A stretch of 63,927 nucleotides of DNA, counting the filler, from Licmophora abbreviata (lineage: Eukaryota): assembly GCA_900291995.1 (NCBI GenBank). It is 8 parts of 8 records of this genome, joined end to end, with 100 filler letters (N's around TTAATTAATTAA, not from the genome) between each part and the next. Parts side by side here need not be neighbours in the genome. Positions count along the whole stretch, not along the records: positions 1 to 15,170 come from OLMU01003290.1; 7 more parts are not named here. The stretch is one strand, 5' to 3'. Position numbers and translations under genes: made by a program. This document shows positions 1 to 11,430 of the stretch, one piece after another; positions within the stretch are counted from its first letter, which is position 1; every line of letters starts with the position of its first letter. Under the pieces are notes generated by a model that did not search any database, was not told the origin of the DNA, and was given only the letters and a program-made list of their open reading frames with translations.

Positions 1-3000
1 AAAGTTGCTCAATATCGCGAATTCTCAGGAAGCCAGCAGAGTTATTGTAAACGATTGGTCCCATCAGACGTTTCGCGAGCAACGTCTTCCGACTGGGCAC
101 AACTCCTCCAATGCCAACAAGATTCTGTCTCAGATTCCCGGCTTTCCTCGGTCCAAGGCCGGGGACAAACGACAGAAGCCCGTGCAAGTGATCGTGTGTG
201 CAAGCGGCATTGATATCTACACCAACCTCGGCGACCGCACTGCAAAGCAATCTCTCATAATGACGGAGAAGCACAGTCTTTGGAAGAAGCTGCTGCATAG
301 GATGAATGTTCAAGAACAGCATCTCGGTTCCGAATACACCGGCATCGCTGGCAACATTCCATGCATACGCCAATTCAGCCAAAGGATCTTTTGCATACCT
401 TGCGGTAGCGATGGCGCATTTGAGATTTACGTCCATATCGGGAAACTCTTTCTTTCCCCGTACACTTCGACCAAAGAGCTGGGCGACGCTATCATCTACT
501 AGATCCACGTTGCATTTCCAGACGTCTTCTTCCTCGAAATCATCACGATACATCGCTTTAAATTCCATCTGGCGCTGTTCAAACTCTTCGTCATCTTCAT
601 CCTCGCCTTGATGGAATCGGTTGTTCCACTTGTCAATGGCCTGGGGCAGTATATCACTGAGCTTCCTGGCGAGCAGACGACTTCCCAGACCACCCCCGGT
701 GCCAACAACGATCGCCGCCGGTCGAGAATTCACCAGAAAGGTAATCAGCTTTTCGCGCATTTGATCGCTATCCACGCGTTGACCGGACGGAATGGCAACA
801 TAATCGTTTGATTCGCCTTGGCTATCGACAGAAGCAAAATATGTTGTGTCTCTCCCATCCGACGAGCAGCAAACACCAACTATAGGAAGATCCCCAGTCG
901 GCACAAGATAACGGTTCTCTCCAAGGAGCGCAGCCGGGCGATAAGGGCCTTCCATGGCCATTCCGCGGAGATTTTCGGAGGCGGCCATGAGACCGACCTT
1001 CGTCGCAGCCTCGCGCAACTCTTTTCGAGCTTCGGCCTCGAGTTGCGGGAGCAAGAAAGTGGTAAGGGCCAAGCGCAGAATCTTGCGTCTCTCCTCGTTC
1101 CACTCGTCGGTGTCTCCGTCCAGCGGCATGTACACTTTCTCAAGCTCAGTCATCAAAGGTGACAGATCCTGCCTTTCGCGATCCTTAAGCACAGCCACGT
1201 CTTGCTTGTACCAAGTCTCACCCTGAGGATGCAGGAATGGCATGTGCACCAGCGCGACGACATCGCCAGTCTGCTCTGCTTTGAGAATGTTTAGATACTG
1301 AAGACAGCTATCCCGCTCACGCTTCTTCATCTCGACGTCTAGATCTCGACGCTCGTCAACGCCAAGGCCCGTTTTCCGTTGCTCGATCTCCCTGTCGCTC
1401 ATCTTGAAATGCTCTTTGACAGGTTTGTCTTTAATCAGATGGAGGCCATAGTAATCATGGAAGGCATCGATTGCATCCAGACCTTTCTTGGTTGGTAGGG
1501 TCATGAGAACAGCCCTCTCGCGAAAGATCGCCCTCAAGCATTTCCGGATTCTTGGTTCATGAGCAAGCTCCATGGCGGCGACATAGCGGCATCCACGCAA
1601 GGGGTCCTGCGTTTCGATGTCGTTCGCGTCAATCTGAGCAGAAGACAAGAGCACCAGCTCACCGCTTCCAATCAGCTCGCTCGCAAACTGATCAGGCGAA
1701 GTCTCGGGAATAACGGGAGAGACCCAGTTCAGCGGGTTGCCTACCGTTTCTCCTCCTTCCTCGCCGGGGAGGGTTTTTTGATAGTTGAAATTTCCAGTTG
1801 TTTGCATATCCTCGAGCTTGATTCCAGCTCGAAAAGGCGAAAGCATGAAACGGTAGCAAATGGCTCGAAGCCCTTCGGCAACACATGTGCGATAGAAGTC
1901 ACGATTGAAACGCCGACTTCTCTTCCTGCGATCATTTGATGCAGCTGCATCGGCAGCACTGGAAGGAACTTCCTTCAGTTGAATTGCGACATTTCCTTCT
2001 TTCAGTAAAGACAAATAGCTGTTCAGGTCAAGAATGTGACGGGTGTCAGTCAACATTCCCACGTACTGCTGATAGTCCTCGAAATTCCACAGAGAAGACC
2101 GACACGTCTTCTTCGTAATTTGTATCGCTGGTCCTTGGTCCTCCAAAGAGTCGCGGCTCTGAGACTCGGCCACCTTGAGAGATGACGCAAGCTGCGCCAC
2201 GCGCTCGGCGCGTTCCTCAAGAAGCGACTGGACCGTGCCCAAGTGAGAATCGAGTCTCTCTTTCTGCTTCTTCTTTTCTTCGTCCATCTGGTGCAAGCAA
2301 AAAGCGGTGGTGGTGTGTCAGCAGGGCAAAAATAATCAAAGAATTGGACAGCATCATTTCTCACTCACCTCTTCATCGTCGTCCTTTCCAAACAAGTCGT
2401 CGTCGTCGTCGTCGTCGTCATCCGTGGTCCCTGCGTCTCCACCGATTTGTTCAAGCTCCACCTTGATATCGCTCTCTTGCTTGAGCGTCTCATCGAGCCG
2501 TTCCCGCGCTATCTGGACTTCCTCTCTGAGCTTGGAGATATTGGCTTCTTCTACACCCTTGACTTCTGCGCCTTGCATAGCTTCCGTAATGTCTCCCAGG
2601 AGCGATTCGACCCTATTGCGAGCATAAATCAATCGATCCCATTCTCCATCTTCGTCCATGATATTGTACAAGTTTTCACGAACGACCTTTGAGGTCACAA
2701 TGTCGGCCCGGTAACGCTTGATGAATTCCGGTTCGAGCTTGTCGCGATGCATGAAACGGAGCGCGTGTACGATAGAGTCTGTGACGGACCGCTGTCGCTT
2801 CTCGAGGGCCTCTGTGAGATCATCTGTAGCTTCGAATATGGGAGAAAAGAACTCTGCCGAAATGTCAGGGATGCGCCCCATGATCCAAATGGCTTCTTCT
2901 TCCTCTTCTTCGCTGATTTCAGGAGCAGAGGTAGTCGTGGTACCAACCACATCTGATGGACCGTGAAACGGAGTCGTCCAGTCAAAATAACGCTCCGGAG

Positions 3001-4312
3001 CATCCTTGGCCCTAATTTCATCGTCCCGATCCGTACAAAAGTTCTCGACCAACTGTACGGGTTCAAAGGCCCGACGGAGCTGGGCCTTGCGCTTTTCCGA
3101 TTTCTTGAGGCGCGCCTGTTTGCGCCGTTCCGCCTTGAGCAACTCCCGCTGCTCTCGTTTGAGACGCAAGGCTTCGGCACGCTGTTGCGCAGTCTGCCTA
3201 CCGGATCCATCACCATCCTCGTCCTCGTCATCGCCTCCAAACAAGTCATTATCGTCGTCGTCGTCACTCAGCACCTCTTCCTCCGAATCGATACCATAAT
3301 CAACACCGACACCCCGTTCTCGATACTTGTTATTTTGGAGCAAGTCATCCTCTTCATCATCATCATCATCTTGTCCTCCCTTGCCAGCTTGTTCTCCCAT
3401 GAAATCCAAGTAATCCGTTCCAAAGATTTCACTCGCTTCCGTGAGTTGGGCTTCACTGACCACTGCACCTCGATTGTCCCCACCAGCATTGTCTGGATGG
3501 AAACGTCCCATTTCCGAAGCCATGATATCACCCTGATCGCCAATATCATCATCAATAAAATCATCCATTCCGTCTTCATCGTAGCGTTCCACAACTTGCT
3601 GTTGTTGCTGTTGTTGTTGTGGATCAGGACGACGGTTCTTGGGCACTCGTTGTTGTTGTTCGTCTTCCTCGTCACTTTCATAAAAGAGTCCCTTGCGCAA
3701 TTCCGCTTCATTATGTGCCACTACTGCTTGTGCCTTGCGTCGATCCCGTTCTTCTTGCTCTTCTTCTTCCTGTTGAATACGACGTTGCTCCTTGGCGGCA
3801 GTAGTATCCTTGTTAGAGTTTTGAGCCATTCCTGCCTCTTGAATGAGTGCCAAATCTTCGTCGTCCAACTGTTGATCGCCGTGACGAATTTTGCGCACAC
3901 GATGTTTCTTCAAGCGACGAGGAGAATCATCCTCTTCTTCTTCCTCCTCCTCATCATCCTCCTCATCCTCACTGTCTTCCAATACATCTCGTTTCTTCCT
4001 TGCCACTCGTTCTTCTACTTCATCGACAACAAAGTCATCTCGGACATAGTCATTGTTATCGTCATCGCTATCCTCGTCCTCACTATCCTCTTCACTATCG
4101 TCCTCTTCGTCTCCCGAGTGTTCGGCTGCATCATCAATCATGGACATTGTACGTTTTGTCTTTTTAGTGTGTTTGGAGGAAACAACACCTTGAGTAGTAG
4201 CTTTGCGCTTTTTGGAAGTCTGCGTGGGTGTATCTTTGTCGTCGTCACTTTCCTCCTCCTCCTCATTGCTGTCTGGAAAAAGCGCATCGTCGTCTTGGTG
4301 TGTCTCGCTCAT
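1..4312 (-). CDS. SPT6: Transcription elongation factor / histone chaperone SPT6; 3' end lies outside the window; intron 2288-2368
   Basis: Very acidic N-terminus, then ASEIFG and FEPVQLVENFCTDRDDEIRAKDAPER (Spt6 FEPxxL...DxxIRxxDxPER). A GTGAGT...CACCAG intron (81 bp, phase 0) joins a frame that appears open to base 1 and contains LNIHPMQQL and VGVDIN. Confidence 0.93.
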
Positions 4313-4630
4313 TCTGTGTATAGTACGATCGAAACAAGAAAAACTGAAGGAAACACCACCACCAACAACAACAACGCCAACACCAACAACACCAAAAGGT
4401 GTAATTTACTGTATAATTTAGGATGTACTCGTAGTTTAGTTGTCCGTGTTGCTGTCGCCACCACACGAATCGAATCCTACGACGTACAGATAGATCGATC
4501 ACGAAGATCCCAACTCCTGATTCCATTGATGTTAAAAGTCCGTCCGTCCGTGCGTGTGGGGGAAGGGAGGTGGAAGATGGCGCAAGCTGCCCGCGGTCTC
4601 TCCTGTGACTGTTCTTGTTGTCCTGTGTAT

Positions 4631-4658
<28 letters not shown>
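4631..4658. repeat. (CA)14 microsatellite in the divergent SPT6/CDF intergenic region
   Basis: Read directly from the sequence. Confidence 0.95.
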
Positions 4659-4661
<3 letters not shown>

Positions 4662-4715
4662 TCTTTGTGACTACAAAACGACGACACTACGTGAGTAGAA
4701 CGCAGCAGCAGCGCA

Positions 4716-6863
4716 ATGAGCCACCTACCAACAAGCTTCTTTGTGAAAGTGTTGTTGTTTTGGCTGCTTTCGAGCAGTACTATTAGTAGTGGTGGAGGTA
4801 CTAGCAGTGGTGGAAGAGTCGCAGCTGCCTTTTCTCATCAAATACCGGTACTACGAGGTCCTCTCCATCACCAGTTTCACCATACGGATGGTACGAGGAG
4901 AGGAGGGTCGGCGCCAGGCAACAAACTGTCTCTGCTCTTGCGCCAATCTGCCACTACTTTGACGTTCACTGCTTCGACTACTACTTCTGCTTCTCTTACG
5001 AGTATTCATCACCACCCCTCCCTGCATCATCACGATCATGGTCCCACTACTACTAGTAGTACTACTACTTCAAGTACTACTTCGTCATCACCATCTCTAC
5101 TGCCCCCTCCTCCCTCTTCCTTGATTCGTCGCAATGCCATTATCCGCGTTTCCATTGCCACCATTTGCATGTTTTTCATTGCCACCTTTTACAATCATCG
5201 TGCCACAACGTCTCCTACACTCAACGTGGGTGTCAGTTTGCTCTTTGCAGCATTCTTGGCGGCCGTCGAAAAGAGTCGAGGCTGGATTGCAAAAACAAGA
5301 GTCCGAGCGACGGAAGTATGGAACACTGTAGAAGCGCATACGACCATGGCGGCGGCAGCGGCGGCAGCATCCTCTACTACTACTAGTACTAGTACTACCT
5401 CCAGCAAAACTACAATTGACTGGGACAAGGCACGCGCCGGCGAACGCGTCACTCTCATCGGAACAGCCGTCAACATTGGCTTGACGATATTCAAATTCAT
5501 CGCAGGCATTGTCGGCAAGTCCAGTGCCATGGTGGCCGATGCAGGACACAGCCTTTCGGATTTGGCCAGTGATATTGTCACCCTCTATACAGTCCGGATT
5601 GCCAGTCTCCCGGCGGATGAAGATCACCCCTACGGACATGATCGATTTGAGGCTCTGGGGAGCTTGTTGGTGGCAGGAATGTTGACCATGGCGGCTGTGG
5701 GCTTTGGAACCTATGCCTACGAATCCTTTCTTTCCTTAATCACTACGACGACGACTACCACTACCACTGCTACAGGACCCGCAGGCCGCATTGCGCTCCT
5801 TGCAGCCTTTGTCAGTATCGTCTCCAAGGAACTCTTGTACCGAGCGACTGCGATTGTCGCTCAACGCACCGAATCGCAAGTCCTCTTGGCCAATGCCTGG
5901 CATCATCGGAGCGATGCATTTTCCTCCATTGTGGCCCTCGTGAGTATCTGGGGCGCCACGGCACCGGGGGGCATTCCTGCCCTAGACCCCCTCGGGGGAC
6001 TCTTTGTGGCGGGCATGGTGGGCATTACGGGACTCCGCGTGGGGTGGTCGGCCGTCTTGCAATTGACGGATACGCAGGATTTGGAGTTGAAGAGGTCGAT
6101 TGAAAAGACGGTTGAACGGGCGATTGTGGAATATCAGTTGCAGGATGACTTGGTGGGGACGCCGTCGGTGCGGACGAGGTTCTTGGGGAGTCGGTCGTGG
6201 GTGGATTTGACGGTGGAAACGAATCCGCTTCGGTCGGCGTCGGCGACGACGCAGGTTGTGAGGGTATTGAGGAATGCGATATTGTCCAGACAGCCGTCGG
6301 TGAATGATGTTGCAGTTGTACTCAAGACGCACAATGATGATGAGAATGACGATGCTGAGGAAGAGGAGGAGGAGGTAGAAGGCAGCGAAGACGAACAGGA
6401 GCATGACACAACAAGAACGACATTATCTACTACATTGACGACAAGCACTCGTGAAGGAGGACTGTCCAAGGGCGTGTCGCAGCATTTTGATACGGATGCT
6501 GGTTACAATGGTGGTATTGATGCAACGCCCCGACCGCTTGACACTGTTGCCTTGACTCCTTGTCAAGTGGAAGAGAATGTGAGACGTACACTGAAATATT
6601 CACGTGCATTCCATCACCCCTCGGAAACAACAACAGTGACAAGCAAACGACTAAAGGACGTGAGCAACGTCTTGGTCCATTTCTCATCGTTGGACGACGA
6701 CGAACAGCAATACTGTGATGTGGACATTGTTGTCTCTGCTGACAAGGATGCAAATCTGTCCGTAGTGGAAGCCAGAGAGCTGGCCGAGACGGTCAAGCAA
6801 GATGTGATTCAACATGCGGACGGTGTGGCGGATGCCAAAGTGTCGCTGGAACTGGTGGCATGA
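4716..6863 (+). CDS. Cation diffusion facilitator (CDF) metal transporter, FieF/MMT/MTP6-like, probably plastid-targeted
   Basis: SSAMVADAGHSLSD, DEDHPYGHDRFE and LANAWHHRSDA motifs (HxxxD sites), with hydrophobic helices. N-terminal signal peptide, AAAF, then an S/T-rich transit-like region. Confidence 0.9.
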   Translation: MSHLPTSFFVKVLLFWLLSSSTISSGGGTSSGGRVAAAFSHQIPVLRGPLHHQFHHTDGTRRGGSAPGNKLSLLLRQSATTLTFTASTTTSASLTSIHHHPSLHHHDHGPTTTSSTTTSSTTSSSPSLLPPPPSSLIRRNAIIRVSIATICMFFIATFYNHRATTSPTLNVGVSLLFAAFLAAVEKSRGWIAKTRVRATEVWNTVEAHTTMAAAAAAASSTTTSTSTTSSKTTIDWDKARAGERVTLIGTAVNIGLTIFKFIAGIVGKSSAMVADAGHSLSDLASDIVTLYTVRIASLPADEDHPYGHDRFEALGSLLVAGMLTMAAVGFGTYAYESFLSLITTTTTTTTTATGPAGRIALLAAFVSIVSKELLYRATAIVAQRTESQVLLANAWHHRSDAFSSIVALVSIWGATAPGGIPALDPLGGLFVAGMVGITGLRVGWSAVLQLTDTQDLELKRSIEKTVERAIVEYQLQDDLVGTPSVRTRFLGSRSWVDLTVETNPLRSASATTQVVRVLRNAILSRQPSVNDVAVVLKTHNDDENDDAEEEEEEVEGSEDEQEHDTTRTTLSTTLTTSTREGGLSKGVSQHFDTDAGYNGGIDATPRPLDTVALTPCQVEENVRRTLKYSRAFHHPSETTTVTSKRLKDVSNVLVHFSSLDDDEQQYCDVDIVVSADKDANLSVVEARELAETVKQDVIQHADGVADAKVSLELVA

Positions 6864-6894
6864 TGATGAGGATACAATGCATCATGTACGCATC

Positions 6895-6902
<8 letters not shown>

Positions 6903-6924
<22 letters not shown>
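6903..6924. repeat. (TC)11 microsatellite
   Basis: Read directly from the sequence. Confidence 0.9.
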
Positions 6925-6925
<1 letters not shown>

Positions 6926-7246
6926 AACATTCTTAGATAAGTATGTCGACGAGGATACCTGCGGTTCGACAGTGCGGTCGCCCCAGTCTAGGATGAGCAC
7001 TGCTACTTCTATAGCTACTACAAAAAGTACTACTTTGTACTTGACAAGACGATCGTTGGCGATTGAATTCAATATAATGCAAACAGATGTACTGCCTTGC
7101 TAACTCTCTAGATCACCTGTCAAGTACTAGGTACTACTCGTAAAGTAGTACAAAGTACCATGTAGTTCTAACGACGCTCAGACATGTAGCACGGACTGTT
7201 CTTGCACCAAAGCTAGTAAAAGTGCTGTCTTGCAAACAAATCCTGT

Positions 7247-7609
7247 TTAGTATCCCCCACCGAAGGCACTGTCCAGTACACCCGACGAGAAGGCCACTGC
7301 CAACAAGACTACTAGCAACCCAACGAATCCACCGGTCGCCTTCAAGACAAAGCCCTTGTCAGTTTCGACGCGATTCTCTTCCAGTTCCGCCAGTTTGTCG
7401 AGCCTCTCGCGTTTGGTTCCACTCCGAGAGGCATCCCGTCGCTCTGGCTCGGAGAATAACAAGACTGTATGATGTGGGACGGCGATGCCAGGAGGAGGAC
7501 GCGCGGTGATGGATGATGCTGAAGAAACAGCACGAGGAGCCTTTTGTAGAACAAAGGCATTTCCGCAGAGGGTCATCATGCTGAAAAGAAGAATGAGCTG
7601 GCGCACCAT
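7247..7609 (-). CDS. Small plastid-targeted protein with one C-terminal TM helix, function unknown
   Basis: MVRQLILLFSMMTLCGNA-FVLQ signal plus F motif, a transit-like region, and the C-terminal hydrophobic segment GGFVGLLVVLLAVAF. Confidence 0.7.
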   Translation of the reverse strand: MVRQLILLFSMMTLCGNAFVLQKAPRAVSSASSITARPPPGIAVPHHTVLLFSEPERRDASRSGTKRERLDKLAELEENRVETDKGFVLKATGGFVGLLVVLLAVAFSSGVLDSAFGGGY

Positions 7610-8053
7610 GTTGGGAAAGCAATCTTTGACTCTACTGAGATGACTTATCGACGACGACAGCAACCAAACCACCCTCTTTTTCACGCTGTGGGACGGGTCG
7701 AACTGCATCATCCATTCGAAACGTCATTTCGGTGTCAGTGACAAAATCGACTCACTCGACTTCGCACGTCGCGCAGATTCTCGCGGGTACTGAAATTACG
7801 TTGCGCGTAGAAACGCACACGAGACTGTGGTACTCTTAGACTACGGAAAGATATCTTCAACAGCAAAACTGTTCCAAATTCCAGATTCCATTATGTGGCG
7901 GGAAACCTCGAATCGAGAAACACTTGACTTGCCAAAAACACACAATGGGATGATACCATATATATATTCCATGAACGCGACGCATGGCAACTCTAGACAA
8001 GTCATTTGCGTGTATCCGTGTGAAGAGGGAACAAGAGACATAGAGAGGCAGAA

Positions 8054-9595
8054 ATGAAAAGGAGCAGCAACAATCACGAACATGCCGAAGACTGCCACGA
8101 ACGTGCGGATGGTGATGGCGAACCTCGGTCTACGACGACGACACCCGCATCATGCCATCACCATCCACAAGATCACAAGAAAACACGTTATTCTCTTCAA
8201 GAATCCCACTCGAGCGAAGGCTTAAGGCATCAGTTAAACTATGCTCGAAAGCTTCGAACGGAAGCAACGTCTGGAAAAGAGCTCGAACACGTTCAATCCA
8301 TCCTACGGGACATTCTAAACAGGGCCAATACTACGCGGAATTGCAATACTGACAACAACGACGACGACAACAACGAGGATGATGACGTATGGATGAGTAC
8401 AGGGTCCATCTTGGCGACACTCTTGTTGCAACAAAGAGACGACTGCGATACGACCACTCCTACTTCTACTACCAACTCATCGCTTTCAGAAGCATCGCAT
8501 CTCTTGAAGGAACGTGGATTTCTCTACCGACTCTCGCGTGCAGCCCTGCAGCAACAACAACACATCATTTCATTGCCGATTCATAGCGCTGTCAACGTCG
8601 CACCACCATCTCCTCATTTGGCCCATGCATTCGATTGCATGCTTCCATCGTCCATGTATACTGCACTGTGTCAAGTCTTCCATCCATCATCTCTCTACTG
8701 GTCCTCGCACAACTACAGCGACGGTAGCAGCAGCAGCAACACTCCACCCTCTCCCTATTTCAGCTACGTTGTACCACTCAATCAGAACAAGAACGACACA
8801 GTATTGCAATCCACCTTGCGCTTCATTCAAAGCCATGTCGCTAAATCCATTCCTGCTGTCGCGGAGTGTTCGACCGTCGAGTTCTGGGCGCACTGTCGAC
8901 CTCATTCCTCGGGACATCAGCTGCACTTTGACAGTGACGATGAAGGTAGGGGCCGACTGCGACATCCTGTTGCAAGTACCGTGATGTATTTGGGAGAATG
9001 CAGCGAAATCAGTACGAGTAGTAGTGATGATCACCGCGCCGTCGTTGGAGGAGCGACACTTGTCACGACACAAACGTCCAAGAGTAAGAGTTTGGCGGCG
9101 CGGGGATGGTTGTGTCCTGCAAAGCCGAATCGGTTGTTGGCTTTTGCCGGGAATCGACTGCATGGAGTGCTGCCGGGAGTGGGTGTGGCTCCTACTATCC
9201 CAAAGAAGGAGGAATCTTCTTCTACGACTAGGCGCGTGACGTTTATGGTGGCATTCTGGAAACACATTCGGATCCAGAATGACGAGGGGCAGGGGGCGGC
9301 GCGGCCATTTTCGCGTGTCCAGAGCAAGGCGTGGGCAACGCCGCTTATGAGAGACGTACGGATATGTGACGGCAACTGCTGTAGTAGTAGTACTACTACT
9401 ACAGGCGAAAGAAAGGTAGCGGAGAAAGAAGTACCCGTGCATACACCAATTGCGACAACCGACTGCTTTATCCCAGTGCCAGTGTGGGAAGATGTCGATC
9501 GAGAGGTCAATGAAGAGCGAGGGGAATCGCTAGAGCAACTTCGCCAGCAGAGGCTTCTTCCGTCCTATGACCTATTTTTTCAGTTTCAAACCTGA
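8054..9595 (+). CDS. 2OG-Fe(II) oxygenase superfamily protein
   Basis: EFWAH...HQLHFDSD (HxD), STVMYL...GGAT, NRLLAFAGNRLHGVLP (distal His) and RRVTFMVAFW (2OG-binding Arg). Confidence 0.8.
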   Translation: MKRSSNNHEHAEDCHERADGDGEPRSTTTTPASCHHHPQDHKKTRYSLQESHSSEGLRHQLNYARKLRTEATSGKELEHVQSILRDILNRANTTRNCNTDNNDDDNNEDDDVWMSTGSILATLLLQQRDDCDTTTPTSTTNSSLSEASHLLKERGFLYRLSRAALQQQQHIISLPIHSAVNVAPPSPHLAHAFDCMLPSSMYTALCQVFHPSSLYWSSHNYSDGSSSSNTPPSPYFSYVVPLNQNKNDTVLQSTLRFIQSHVAKSIPAVAECSTVEFWAHCRPHSSGHQLHFDSDDEGRGRLRHPVASTVMYLGECSEISTSSSDDHRAVVGGATLVTTQTSKSKSLAARGWLCPAKPNRLLAFAGNRLHGVLPGVGVAPTIPKKEESSSTTRRVTFMVAFWKHIRIQNDEGQGAARPFSRVQSKAWATPLMRDVRICDGNCCSSSTTTTGERKVAEKEVPVHTPIATTDCFIPVPVWEDVDREVNEERGESLEQLRQQRLLPSYDLFFQFQT

Positions 9596-9666
9596 CGATT
9601 CATTCTAGCTTCTCTACTCTAGCCGTTGCTATTGTTTGTTCACACCATGTTGTCCTGGAATCTTGT

Positions 9667-11064
9667 TTAAAGCTCGCCATCACGACCATTCTCTTGCATG
9701 GCGGTAATAAAGCCATCTCCATCAAGTTTTCCATCATAGTTCGGACTCTTACCAGGACCGTGCCAGTCGACAGGACGAAAGTGGGAAAACACATTCGCAA
9801 ACGAGGTACCATTGAATCTCATGGGACGCCCATGTTGAAATCTCGCCCCCTCGTAGAGTACAAGCTCCCCAGGCTGAAGATATACTTCCCCAACACTACC
9901 ATCTGGCATGATTACTTCAAGAGGCCACCCTTCATCGACACCTTCTTGCGCTACTTGGATCACGGCACTCGCTATATGCGTATCGGCTCGGTCGACATGA
10001 TTGATCAGCATAGAGCCGCGATGATAGTTGCGAATACCAAACGTCGACGTCGGAACAAGACTTTGGTTGGTCCACCATTCCAAGATACGATGAATCTCAT
10101 TTGATATTGCTTTATGGACTTCCGGGAAACGATCGAGTGAAATAATGGACATAAGCACCACGTGAGAATTTGTAAAGCCTCCAGGAATGGTTCGGTGAAT
10201 TTCCTCAGAATCTTGGATGCCACCAGTTTTGTGCTGTTCATAGAACGGCAACAGGACTTGTCGCATTTTCTCCGTAAAGGACATTTTCATGTACCCCGGG
10301 CCGCTCCTCGTGACGCGTGGAATGCTCGGAATCGCTCCCTGATGAACAAGGTCTACCGTATCCCCCACCATGCGCTCTCCCGCTTCTTCGGTACTGTTAA
10401 AGCCATACCTACTAGTACCTCTGTACTTGCGGAGACGTTCTTGGTAGTCGTCTTTACGAATGTGTCGAATACAGGACCATGCACTGGAATCGTCGGCTGG
10501 TAGACAGGGAGCCTGCTGATCATGGACCAGTGCCCTCATTTCCACGTCGGTGGCCTCTCGATGGGCCTGCACCAGTGCATCCACTCCATTGCAGTCACCC
10601 AGCACCTGCAATCGTTCGTGATCAGAAGATGTGACTGTATGTTGCAGTAGTAAGAGTTGATTGTGCTCACTAGCATCCTCTGTATCCTTTCCATTGCTGC
10701 TAGTTCTACTAACACTAGTAGTAGTCGTGATGGCTGTTTTTGTTGTTGCATAAATTCGAAAGCGATGCCGCGTATGGGTCGAAATATGAGTAGATTGTCC
10801 TACCGCAACAGGTCCCCAATGCATCTCCGAGTTTTCACCGTTCGAATCTACCCAATACGCGACAATCGGCAAAGGAGATTGATTGACAATTTCAAGCGTC
10901 GAAGGCAACGATGGAGAAGTGATGTCATCATCCGGAAGGATGACCCACGTATCGTCGTGATGGTCCGTCTCGTTGGGACACTGTGCGGCGTCCGAGACAG
11001 CAAAGCTCAGAGCCAGTAGCAGATTGAACCAGAAAACAACAGAAAGTAGTAGGTAACAATGCAT
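9667..11064 (-). CDS. ER-luminal 2OG-Fe(II) oxygenase-like protein with a VHL-beta-like N-terminal domain
   Basis: Signal peptide MHCYLLLSVVFWFNLLLALSFA; LEIVNQSPLPIVAYWVD...STHTRHRF (VHL-beta-like); GIRNY, HVDR (HxD), WPLEV, LYEGARFQHGRP, ANVFSHF; C-terminal DGEL retention-like signal. Confidence 0.8.
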   Translation of the reverse strand: MHCYLLLSVVFWFNLLLALSFAVSDAAQCPNETDHHDDTWVILPDDDITSPSLPSTLEIVNQSPLPIVAYWVDSNGENSEMHWGPVAVGQSTHISTHTRHRFRIYATTKTAITTTTSVSRTSSNGKDTEDASEHNQLLLLQHTVTSSDHERLQVLGDCNGVDALVQAHREATDVEMRALVHDQQAPCLPADDSSAWSCIRHIRKDDYQERLRKYRGTSRYGFNSTEEAGERMVGDTVDLVHQGAIPSIPRVTRSGPGYMKMSFTEKMRQVLLPFYEQHKTGGIQDSEEIHRTIPGGFTNSHVVLMSIISLDRFPEVHKAISNEIHRILEWWTNQSLVPTSTFGIRNYHRGSMLINHVDRADTHIASAVIQVAQEGVDEGWPLEVIMPDGSVGEVYLQPGELVLYEGARFQHGRPMRFNGTSFANVFSHFRPVDWHGPGKSPNYDGKLDGDGFITAMQENGRDGEL

Positions 11065-11430
11065 GGCTGATGTGGTGAAATTTACTGTTCGATGATAGCG
11101 CCTCCGACGGTGTACGTGAACTTGGAAACTGCGATGGCCACCGGCGTCGTTTTGGCGGCGCACCATTTTCAATTTTGTGAGAATGTCCTCGAGAGACATT
11201 TTCGATTTTCGATTGATTCGGATGATGCGAACCGCAGCACGACTGGACGTCAGCCGTCCTCTCGGATCTTTGGTACCACGCACTTCGCGCACCTTGTCAA
11301 TCAGTTTGTCAGCAGCGTCACTGACCTCATCCTCACTCATCTACCGGTACGTATCGTACTCTCATCGCGTCTCTCAACGCCATATCAAAACATCACTCTT
11401 CAAACACTATACACAAACATATATACTCTC

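Noticed and set aside
2963..4786. 607-aa plus-strand ORF
   Set aside because: Antisense shadow of the GAN-codon-rich acidic SPT6 N-terminus; it yields L/I/V/F runs with no domain.
6960..7230. AGTAC/TAGTA-rich tract as a repeat array
   Set aside because: No fixed unit or spacing; the same ACT/TAG bias occurs in many UTRs and Thr/Ser runs in this window.
11065..11430. N-terminal extensions of both the oxygenase (to 11340) and DECR2 (from 11092), suggesting overlapping genes
   Set aside because: The signal peptide starts at 11064 and the SDR homology at 11431, so the interval is best read as a divergent promoter that is open by chance.
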